Shown here in pieces: positions 36,358-46,962 of a stretch of DNA of 46,962 nt (position 1 is the stretch's first letter; every line of letters begins with the position of its first letter). The position numbers and the translations under genes are program-made. Origin of the DNA: Octopus bimaculoides (taxonomy: Eukaryota); contig NC_068984.1 in the NCBI RefSeq assembly GCF_001194135.2, forward strand, positions 105,239,568-105,286,529. Reading direction: 5' to 3'. Below the pieces are notes generated by a model. It had not been told where the DNA came from and did no database searches. It saw only the letters and a program-made list of their open reading frames with translations.

Positions 36358-36988
36358 ACATGAATATTTTTTTTAATAATTCTGTCAGTTGAAATGTACG
36401 ATTGAATTTTTGAGAACTAGATAAACAAAAATAATGTATATATTAATTTAGAGGAGGTAGTGTTTGTACCATGATGTAGTCTCACTTTGCGAGAGACAGA
36501 TAAGATAGCGTTATTTAGTTTTTAAATATAAATTCATTGATTGATTCTGTGACTTTTTTTTAATTTTATTTTTATATCTATACTGCACTGTAACTGAAGG
36601 TACAACTGCATAGTTCCTGACACTTTTTTTCTAAAATCTTAATCAAGAGAATTAATTATTATATATAGGTAAATTTAGATAAAGTTTTAGATAAGAAAAA
36701 TAAAATTATTTAAAAGAAAAAAAAATTAAAAGAAAAATAGTTATTCTGTTTAATTTCTGAGTTTATCAGTAATATATTATATATTATCTTAGTTTTGTAA
36801 TTATTTTATTCTAATGTTTTAAACAAATATAGAAATATTATTGATGGAATAACTAAAGCAAAAACAAAAAAAAAAAATGTTTTAATAAGTAATTATTAAC
36901 ATTCTTTAACAGCCATCATTTTAATTTGAATAACCCAACTCTAAACTTCGAACAGCTTAAATAACGGTATCTTAGAGTATTTTTCTTT

Positions 36989-37048
<60 letters not shown>

Positions 37049-37641
37049 NNNNNNNNNNNNNNNNNNNNNNNNNNNNNNNNNNNNNNNNNNNNNNNNNNNN
37101 NNNNNNNNNNNNNNNNNNNNNNNNNNNNNNNNNNNNNNNNNNNNNNNNNNNNNNNNNNNNNNNNNNNNNNNNNNNNNNNNNNNNNNNNNNNNNNNNNNNN
37201 NNNNNNNNNNNNNNNNNNNNNNNNNNNNNNNNNNNNNNNNNNNNNNNNNNNNNNNNNNNNNNNNNNNNNNNNNNNNNNNNNNNNNNNNNNNNNNNNNNNN
37301 NNNNNNNNNNNNNNNNNNNNNNNNNNNNNNNNNNNNNNNNNNNNNNNNNNNNNNNNNNNNNNNNNNNNNNNNNNNNNNNNNNNNNNNNNNNNNNNNNNNN
37401 NNNNNNNNNNNNNNNNNNNNNNNNNNNNNNNNNNNNNNNNNNNNNNNNNNNNNNNNNNNNNNNNNNNNNNNNNNNNNNNNNNNNNNNNNNNNNNNNNNNN
37501 NNNNNNNNNNNNNNNNNNNNNNNNNNNNNNNNNNNNNNNNNNNNNNNNNNNNNNNNNNNNNNNNNNNNNNNNNNNNNNNNNNNNNNNNNNNNNNNNNNNN
37601 NNNNNNNNNNNNNNNNNNNNNNNNNNNNNNNNNNNNNNNNN

Positions 37642-37700
<59 letters not shown>

Positions 37701-37750
37701 TATGTATGTATTTTAGTTATCTAAAACTCCATAACCCAGGAAATAATGCT

Positions 37751-37855
37751 TACGTCTGATGAGTGCAGGGTTGCATAATCGGATTGTTACTTAACACTCC
37801 ATTGAATCCCTAGTGCAACTCCAATTGGTAAGATCAGCTGTAATGGATATACAAT
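37751..37855 (+). mobile_element. Second, more decayed copy of the 22440 hammerhead-bearing terminal repeat
   Basis: CTGATGA 37756-37762; TAACACTCCATTGAATCCCTAGTGCAACTCCAATTGGTAAGATCAGCTGTAATGG aligns with TAACACTCCATTGTATTCTTTACGCGAAACAGATTGGTAAGACTAGCCATGATGG at 22479-22533. GAAA core lost. Confidence 0.6.
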
Positions 37856-39350
37856 ACTGTACGCTTTCGATAATATTTATATCTATATATAAATCAGGAT
37901 AAATATTACTTTATATTATTGGTTCCAACATTTCACCATTCAGGTTGCTTGGAAACTTGCATTGAATGTTTCAAGTGCATGTGGATGCTTAACCAGAACA
38001 GATCATCAGGGAACACTTCATTGCATTAAGATGCATTAGTTCTCTGTAACTTAATGTAATAAAGTGTTCACTGTTGATCTTTTCTGGATCACTTGGAATA
38101 TCCTTATATATATATATATATATATATATAAGAGGGAAGAGAAAATACTGCTTGGGCGAAAAATCAAATTGCAAGTTATAATTAATTTCTTCCTATTGGT
38201 GTTTGAAACTATTCTACTGTTATTTATTGCAAATACATGCAAGCACGCAAACACACACACACACACATACATATGAAAGAAAGAAAATAAAAAGAAAATA
38301 AATAAAAAAAATTTAATAAAAATAATATCTAAAAAGCCAGAAAAATCAAATAAACAAAAAAAAATTATTTAGATTTTTTTTTCCTTTTTTAAGTTATTAC
38401 AAATTTTCTAAGAAGGGTTCTTTTTTCAATATTATGATAATTTTAATGGAAAAGGTACTAGTATAGTTTTAAGCATACTAACACATGAATCTTTGTGCCA
38501 AGTATTTGTGAGTTTGTATTGTTGTTATAATTGTCTGACCCTGAATCAGCTCTGATTGAATAGATCAATCATCTAAGCTGTTTCACTTTCGACAGCTCCT
38601 GTCATAGTATGTCTCGGATTACATTACCAATGTGTCCTTCCGTTTTTAAGATTGTAGTGCTTGATTTCAAGGAGATTTAGCTACTGTTTCTAGCAGGTCA
38701 AACAACTACACAGATACTCCCGTCTTGGTGTGTGTATGTATTTGTCTGTACACGTTGGTGTATATTAGTAATATTTCTGTCATTAAATGAAAATTACTAT
38801 GGCATGAACATTTCAACACTAACAGTTATCTTAACTATGCAACACTTTTATATATATATATATACATATATGTATGTATGTATGTATGATCATCATCATA
38901 TTCTCCTTGTCTTGATAAGTGCNNNNNNNNNNNNNNNNNNNNNNNNNNNNNNNNNNNNNNNNNNNNNNNNNNNNNNNNNNNNNNNNNNNNNNNNNNNNNN
39001 NNNNNNNNNNNNNNNNNNNNNNNNNNNNNNNNNNNNNNNNNNNNNNNNNNNNNNNNNNNNNNNNNNNNNNNNNNNNNNNNNNNNNNNNNNNNNNNNNNNN
39101 NNNNNNNNNNNNNNNNNNNNNNNNNNNNNNNNNNNNNNNNNNNNNNNNNNNNNNNNNNNNNNNNNNNNNNNNNNNNNNNNNNNNNNNNNNNNNNNNNNNN
39201 NNNNNNNNNNNNNNNNNNNNNNNNNNNNNNNNNNNNNNNNNNNNNNNNNNNNNNNNNNNNNNNNNNNNNNNNNNNNNNNNNNNNNNNNNNNNNNNNNNNN
39301 NNNNNNNNNNNNNNNNNNNNNNNNNNNNNNNNNNNNNNNNNNNNNNNNNN

Positions 39351-39395
<45 letters not shown>

Positions 39396-39691
39396 GTATG
39401 ATCATCATCATATTCTCCTTGTCTTGATAAGTGCATACTGATTGTAAACAGTCTGAATGATATCATTTGTTTGCAGCCCTCCTTATAAACATGACCAGGC
39501 TGTTCAATGTTTGATAGGCTGGAGGATTTATTACTTTGCTTGGAAATAAGTGAGGGTTGCCATCAAGAAGAGCGTCCAGACAGACAATTCTGCCTCAACG
39601 AAGTCTCACATGACCCATGCAAGCATGGAAAAACAGACATTAAAATGACAACAATGATAATACACACACATACATATAAATATATAAACGC

Positions 39692-39732
<41 letters not shown>

Positions 39733-41587
39733 NNNNNNNNNNNNNNNNNNNNNNNNNNNNNNNNNNNNNNNNNNNNNNNNNNNNNNNNNNNNNNNNNNNN
39801 NNNNNNNNNNNNNNNNNNNNNNNNNNNNNNNNNNNNNNNNNNNNNNNNNNNNNNNNNNNNNNNNNNNNNNNNNNNNNNNNNNNNNNNNNNNNNNNNNNNN
39901 NNNNNNNNNNNNNNNNNNNNNNNNNNNNNNNNNNNNNNNNNNNNNNNNNNNNNNNNNNNNNNNNNNNNNNNNNNNNNNNNNNNNNNNNNNNNNNNNNNNN
40001 NNNNNNNNNNNNNNNNNNNNNNNNNNNNNNNNNNNNNNNNNNNNNNNNNNNNNNNNNNNNNNNNNNNNNNNNNNNNNNNNNNNNNNNNNNNNNNNNNNNN
40101 NNNNNNNNNNNNNNNNNNNNNNNNNNNNNNNNNNNNNNNNNNNNNNNNNNNNNNNNNNNNNNNNNNNNNNNNNNNNNNNNNNNNNNNNNNNNNNNNNNNN
40201 NNNNNNNNNNNNNNNNNNNNNNNNNNNNNNNNNNNNNNNNNNNNNNNNNNNNNNNNNNNNNNNNNNNNNNNNNNNNNNNNNNNNNNNNNNNNNNNNNNNN
40301 NNNNNNNNNNNNNNNNNNNNNNNNNNNNNNNNNNNNNNNNNNNNNNNNNNNNNNNNNNNNNNNNNNNNNNNNNNNNNNNNNNNNNNNNNNNNNNNNNNNN
40401 NNNNNNNNNNNNNNNNNNNNNNNNNNNNNNNNNNNNNNNNNNNNNNNNNNNNNNNNNNNNNNNNNNTATATATATATGTATGATGACTTAAGTAAGCATT
40501 TACTATTTGTTTTTGTTTTTTAACCTTTTTATTACTTTTTAGTGAGGGATATTTGGGTTGCTATATTTACTGATTTAGATAATATTCATGTTTAAGACTT
40601 CAGTTCAAAATGAAAATATGAAATGAAACACAGATATATACATATACATGTATATGTGTACATATATATGTGTTTGTGTGTGTTTCTATGTATGAATGTA
40701 TATTTTTAAAAATGTATTTTAATATGACTTCATTAATCATTAAAATGTTTTTGTAACATTCTTTTTAGTACATTTTGTTTTAAATTTTGAAAAAAAAAAA
40801 GAGAGAGGAAATATACTAGAACATGTTCACTTTTCTCCATTTTCTTTGATTATATATTATTTATTTTTTATATCTTTTTTATTATTATTGTTAATTTTAT
40901 ATATTTAATCATCAGTTGGATGATATTCTAGTTATGTTTATTTAAATTTTTCTAGTTACATTTATTTAAATTTTTCCTTTATGTGTATGTATATGTATGG
41001 GTGTGTAACCATTAACAGATAATTTAAAGCTGAACCTTGAATGAAAAATTTAGAATGAAAATTTAAGTTTTCCTTTTGCTTGTATATGTGAGTCAGTGAG
41101 TATTTGTATGAATAAAGCAGAACCAGAAAATAGATGATGTATAAAAGAAAAAAAAATTGGAAAAAATTAACACAAAAACAAATCAAAAAAAATTCATTCC
41201 TTAAAAGAAAAACAATAAAAAACAAACTTATGTTGTCATCAATTATTCATTTCGATGATGATGTTTAACAAAATTTCTTTTAAAAAAGTACATCTCATAT
41301 CATATTTTATAAATATATATAAATATATATGTATAAAAACAAAAAAATACGACCATTTTTCTTTTGTATTTTTGAGGGAGAATATCCCAGGATTCCTTTT
41401 TGTTCCAATTTTTATTTTTTCTAGTTTATGTTTTTTTCTCTAATTCATATTTATTTTTCAAAAACGAAAAAAAGTCCATTAAACATAGTAGTTTTCTTAG
41501 AAAAATAATTATAATTTAGCTAATTACGATGATAATGATTTGCAAAATTTCTTTGATAAATTTGTTCATTATTTTATTTGTATGTAT

Positions 41588-41704
<117 letters not shown>

Positions 41705-42077
41705 TTTTAATTTTTTCCCCCTTGAATGCATGCATGTCTAAAGTATAAATGTTTCTTTTATTGAATGTCACTGAATGTTGAAAAAAAATATGAATTATCA
41801 ACTTCTGAAATGTAATTCAGTAAACAGGTGAAAAAAAAAAGATCAAAACAAAACAAATAAAAAAGAGAAAGATAAAATGAATAAACAAAAAGAAAAAGAG
41901 ATAACAAACACACAAAAAATGAAAAAAATAGCAAAAATGAAAAATGAACTAAAAATGATATCATTCTTTCTTTTTTTTTATTTCTTGATACATTTTTCAT
42001 TAAGTTATGTGTCATTGTGCCATAATGATTTTGCTTATTGCTATTATTTAGTAATAATAATGATTTCAAATTTTAGA

Positions 42078-43150
42078 ACAAGGCCAAGTTTATAACATTG
42101 ACCCTAGTGTTTAACTGGTACTTATTTTATCAATCCCAAATGATAAAAACAAAGTCAACCTCAGCAGAATTTGAACTCAGAACACAATGAGTCAAAAAAA
42201 TAAGAAACCAGTTGGCTTTTTTTTTTTTTTGTCCAACACTAACAATTCTGCCAGTTTGATACTTTAATCAATAATAAAAATAATATTTGCTTTTAATATT
42301 ATTTATAATAATAAAAACATTATTTATACTATAAAATTAATAGTAAAAGTCCTTACTACTCTAGGCACAATACCAGCCATTTTGGAGGAGGCTTGACTGG
42401 TACTTATTCTATTGACCCTGAAAGGATGAAAAGCTAAGTCAACTTTGGTGTAATTTGAACACAGAACATGAAGGCTGATGAAATACTGCTAAGCATTTTA
42501 TCCAGCTCACTGCCTTAATTAATAGTTATAATAGTAGCTATTGATACTCAATATTAAGGATTATCATAAAGTGGAGAGCTGACAGAATTGTTAGCACACA
42601 GAGCAAAGTGCTTAGTGGCATTTTGTCCATCTTCATGTTCTGAGTTCAAATTCTGCCAAGATCTACTTTGCCTTTCATTCTTTCAGGGTCAATAAAATAA
42701 GTACCAGTTGAACACTTGGGTTGATGCAATTGACTTATCCCCTCTCCTGGCCTTGTGACAAAATTTTAAATCAATATTAAGGATTATTATTTTTGCAATC
42801 TGAGTTTAAATTCCATCAAGTTCGTTTTTGCCATTCTTCTTTTCAGGATTGATATAAAAAAGCACCAGTCAACTTTTGCTGTAAATACAACCAACCACCT
42901 TCTCCAAATTTTCTGGTTTTCTGCCTCAAGCAAGTCATTATTATAAGTGTAGTTAGTGTATCAAAGTAGCAGAATAGCTTGAACATCAGAAAAAATGCTT
43001 TGGAATATTTCTTCTTGTTCATTATATTCTGAGTTCAAATCCTGCTTCAATCAACATTCCCTTTCATCTCAATAAGATATAGTACCAGTCAAATACTGGT
43101 GTTGTTGATACCACTCATCTCAAAATTATTGGCCTTATGTCTAAATCAGA
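42078..43150. mobile_element. Cluster of about five SINE family A copies (two minus, then three plus)
   Basis: Minus copies ~42078-42260 and ~42360-42515; plus copies ~42570-42775, ~42790-42925 and ~42960-43150. Confidence 0.75.
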
Positions 43151-43394
43151 AATCATGAATATAGTTAATAACAGAACCAATGAAGAACTGGAAAAATGCA
43201 TAATGGTACAGGTATCCAAAGCCCTTGGGATGAAGCATGTTTCAGAATTACATTTTTAGGACTTTGAAAATTGTAGTATAGTATATTCATAAGTAAAATC
43301 CTTGATTAAGAGTCCTGGTTCTAAGGAATAGCCTAGATGGAAGCCCCTGACCCCACTACTCCAGTTTTGAAAACAAAATTATGATTTGTTAAGA

Positions 43395-43775
43395 AATTAA
43401 CTTCTCAACCACATGGTTACTAGTTCAGTTCTACTGTGCAGCAATTTCAACAAATTTCTTCAATTGTAGCCCCAAGTCAACAAAAGCCTGGTGAGTGGAT
43501 TTGAGAGAGGAATCTATAAGAAGTCTATGTGTGTTGTGTTTGTTTGTGAGTTTATGCACATTTGTGTCACCTTGTCTTGACATCATGTATTAGTTATAAA
43601 TGAGTATTAATGTCATCCATTTCCCATATTCTGCAAAATATAAGGAAATATTACTTTATTTCAAAACATGTAAGGGTTGACATTAGGAAGGGCATTTGGC
43701 CTTAGGAAATCTGCATTCTATAAACCCCATCAAGCATGGGAAAGTAGACAGTAAAATGGTGATGATGATGATCTG
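43395..43775 (+). mobile_element. Composite SINE (head B + TG-rich spacer + tail D)
   Basis: Tail TTGTCTTGACATCA...AGGAAGGGCAT...CAAGCATGGGAAAGTAGAC..AAAATGATGATG. Related copies at ~30478-30840, ~7575-7770 (minus), ~32150-32290 and ~39535-39660. Confidence 0.75.
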
Positions 43776-44469
43776 GATTATGTGACAAAATGTTCTGTGA
43801 CATTTGATATTGCTTTCTTTGTACAGAGGCATTTTAAACTTTGTAATTTTCAAAGTGGAGGAAATTAAAGATGTATTGTATCTGCCATAATAATGTTCCT
43901 AAGTTTTTACAGTCTAAATATGCAATGTAAATCACTTCAACAGGGAGGATTGGAACTCCACTGTGACCTTGATGTACAACAACAAATAAAGCCAAATATC
44001 GATAAATCAATGAGAGCGCCAATGCATGGTTCATTACTCTCCTAGAAATATTTACCAAATCTCCTTCAAACCACATCTTTCTGTCTTCAAAAACAAAAGA
44101 CACATTGGATAATCGTCATTGGTATTAACTTGTATCTGAGTAGCTAATCTGTAGCAAGTGACTGAGCCTCTCCATGGGTGCGAAAGGTGCTGGTGCCTGA
44201 GGTGACTGTTCAGGCCAAGGCAGTATAGAAGAGTTGAGAGCATTTATCCACAGGAGAGGGTTAGCGGGAGATGAAGAAGTGCAATAATATTGTCTAAGGA
44301 ATATACTGCTTCTGAAAATAAGTTGTAATGGTTATAGCTTGAATACTTTTGATCGTAATAGGTGTACTAGATCAGGCTGATTTAGGGTTAAACAACATAT
44401 ATGGGAAACAGAAATGGTAGAATACAAAGACATTTAGTTTCATGTCCCTTTAGTGTAAAAAAAAGGATG

Positions 44470-44810
44470 TGGACATGTAAAGGCTGGAAAGGAATTTAGC
44501 AAGCATGCTTAAATGGGTGTGTAATGTCATCTTGTCTGATTATTGGAGAAAAAGGATAATGAAGCAAGCATACACTGTCAGGTGTGTAATGCCGACTTGT
44601 GTGAATGATGGAGAATAGAGATTTTGAAAAATAAACAGAGCACCAGAGATATCTTTCGTAGTGTACAAAAGAAAAGATTACATTAGTATTGACTATGTGT
44701 TAAGTCTGAAAAGTGATGATAATTGGGTGAAAAAGTGTTAAATGATGTAAGAGTCTGTAGAAGAAGAAGACCAAAACATGGCCAGAAGTAGCTAGTGCTG
44801 ATCTAAGGAA
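44470..44810 (+). mobile_element. RTE LINE 3' fragment, heavily decayed
   Basis: LERNLASMLKWVCNV at ~44487-44530 and SVQKKRLH...RRRP near 44660-44775. Confidence 0.6.
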
Positions 44811-45659
44811 CACGCATATATACATACTAGCTTAAAAGCCGCCCTATTAGGTGGCTTTTAAACTAGCTCCTGTGGAGGGCTCTTCATTAGGCCTTGGGCC
44901 CAACAATGACACTTCATGCATTGAGTACATATTAAATTTTATTAAACTTGAACAATATTTTTCAAGCAATGAACAATTTTCATCAAAACAATGATATAAT
45001 TTGTCAACTTGGAACTAATTGCAAAGCTGCATGACAAACAACAGTACCACTACCATCACCACCACATCTGCCATACACACACCATTCAGACTTCTGACGC
45101 CACCAACATCAATACCTTTGACTTCACCACCTTCCCCTCCACCACTGTCTTTCACATTGCTTACTCTCACTGTCATCCCTAACCACCTTGGCTACCACCA
45201 CCACTGCCATCATCATCGCCACCTCCACTTCTATTACAGCTACAGCTCATACTATTACTATCACCCCATTACCATCAGTGTTCAGTATGTTGGTTCAGTC
45301 CCTCTTTCTCTTACATACCCACTCTTTCTCTCTTATTATTACTCCCACTGCCATTATCAACACTACTACTTTTAATAAAACATCAACTCTTTCTAAATTT
45401 CTTTGTCTCCCTCTCTTTTTCTTTCTCTCTTTCACTGTCTATCTTCACCACTGCCCTCACCATCTCTATGTCTACTATTACTCTCACCCCAGCATGAGCA
45501 ATAGTAGAAGTGTCACTGAATAGTGAGAGAGGTGGGGTCAAGATGTGACACACAGAAATTAGTTTTTGCATTTATTATATTAGATATGCATGCATACACA
45601 TATTAACTGTAGCAACAATAGTACCATTTTTGCTTTCACTTTTTCACGATTGCATGGGT

Positions 45660-46300
45660 TGGATAGGTTCTTTCCAACACAGTGTCTCACTATTTGTTGT
45701 ACTCCTTTGTCATCCATTTGTGAGGTTTGACATCGTGGGATCAGCTTTAATCATTTCTGGCATGTCTTCCTCTTCTACTAGGACCTCCTGGCACTTCTTT
45801 ACCCATATGTTATCATCCACATGAATCACATCTCTGCATCAATATAGTCATCTCGCTTGAACACTACAACAGATTCCTCTTAGACCCAGTTTATCTCTTA
45901 ACTCATCTTTACCACATCATTCACACATACTAACATTGCACATCCAGAGAAGAATGCTCACTTCATTTCTCTCTAACACTTAGGCATTCTCTGTGTTCAT
46001 TCTCATGTCTCACTACCATACATCATTGCACTTTGTACACCAGTAACACAAAATTTAAACTTTGTTTGAAGAAAGTATGCAGTTGTTGTCAGCAGAAACA
46101 AAAACTCATTGAACTTGTTCTAATGTCCTTATTTCAGCTACTAGGCTTTCAAAGCATTCTTCTCCATAGCTAATTAAGATGCCAAGATAAGAGAAGCTAT
46201 CACCTATTTCTATTGGAGGCTTTCAAGGATTCAAAGGAATTAATTTTACTACTGCTCTGACTGCAAACTACACCTGTGTATCTGCAACATAAAAAGTGTT
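45660..46300 (-). mobile_element. RTE LINE 3' fragment
   Basis: EIGDSFSYLGILISYGEEC (46154-46210), LERNEVSILLWMCNVS (~45929-45975), ELRDKLGLRGICCSVQ, VDDNIWVKKC. Confidence 0.8.
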
Positions 46301-46467
46301 TATTCACTGTTAGCCTATCATCTCACTAGGTCCCTTGTGCAACCATGGCTTACACACTGCATTCACTGTACAAAGTTTCTTCCTATTCCTTTTCTACATA
46401 TTGAGCACACCCATTTTCCTGAAGGTAGCAGAGTCCATCTAATAATATATACATATATATATATATG

Positions 46468-46540
46468 TCATTGTGGGGGTGGTTTAGCTTAACGGTTTAG
46501 AGCACCGCGACACGTAATCACGGAGGTGTGAGTTTTAGTC
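46468..46540 (+). mobile_element. tRNA-like SINE head or tRNA pseudogene
   Basis: TAGCTTAACGGTTTAGAGC A-box, anticodon-arm-like ACCGCGACACGTAATCACGG, degenerate B-box. No acceptor stem, so not called as tRNA. Confidence 0.45.
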
Positions 46541-46962
46541 TTATAGCCAGCTGCCAACACTTTTTTCCGCAAAATAGGGGCAGTTTATCCTGTTCAGGCT
46601 ATATCATTATCCTGCGTTTGAGAATTTAAAAATCACTTCTTTAATGTTTTTTGGCTAATTTCTGAAAGAAAATTGGCATTTTTTGTATTTGCTGCCGATA
46701 AGGAAAACCACACATGCATACACTTTCACTTCGCCATGTTAGCAAACTTCAAAATTGGTAAAATCTATGGTTGAAAATCGATTTTTACAGCTATACACAG
46801 ACGCCTCTGAGAGAAAAAGTTGACGAAAATGCAGATAGGGTCATGATGAATGTCCTCCTAAAATTGGAGCGACATGCGTGCTGATTTGTGGATGTGCATA
46901 AATTACATTCACATACACACACTCACATCCTGCCTTTTATATATACAGATATAATATATATA

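Noticed and set aside
38847-39434. Identical ~75-bp sequence on both sides of a gap
   Set aside because: Most likely unmerged contig overlap next to a microsatellite, not a real duplication.
43834-44103. 89-aa minus ORF, and a GGL-containing plus frame, as a neighbouring gene or L1 remnant
   Set aside because: No recognisable domain or consistent splice sites.
45019-45571. His/Thr/Tyr-rich ORFs
   Set aside because: Cryptic (CAC/CAT/TAC)n low-complexity DNA open in several frames, with no splice signals.

Overview
Eukaryotic, AT-rich, microsatellite- and gap-rich genomic DNA. The SINE repertoire looks like Octopus (from recall, not a search). Only one host gene is supported: a TP53INP1/TP53INP2 (DOR)-family autophagy and nuclear-receptor cofactor on the + strand. 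Its two coding exons (34245-34374 and 35516-36357) splice in phase to give 323 aa, with an N-terminal LIR (EEDWIFV) and the ESWxxxPPACFTA and MENLLIEHPSMSVY family motifs. A candidate promoter and non-coding exons lie about 22 kb upstream (11.8-13.1 kb). The rest is transposon debris: tRNA-derived SINEs, RTE, CR1-like and Tx1-like LINE fragments, a Penelope-like RT fragment, a Helitron 3' end, a pogo/Tigger transposase fragment, several MITEs and long foldback palindromes. The most unusual object is a ~310-bp insertion at 3577-3885. It combines a tRNA-like head, a minimal type I hammerhead ribozyme, an inverted 5' copy of its own tail and a 15-bp target-site duplication, which suggests a ribozyme-bearing SINE mobilised by Penelope-like elements. 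Two decayed hammerheads of another family sit at 22.4 kb (next to the Penelope-like RT) and 37.8 kb. Almost all other ORFs in the track are microsatellite or N-gap artefacts.
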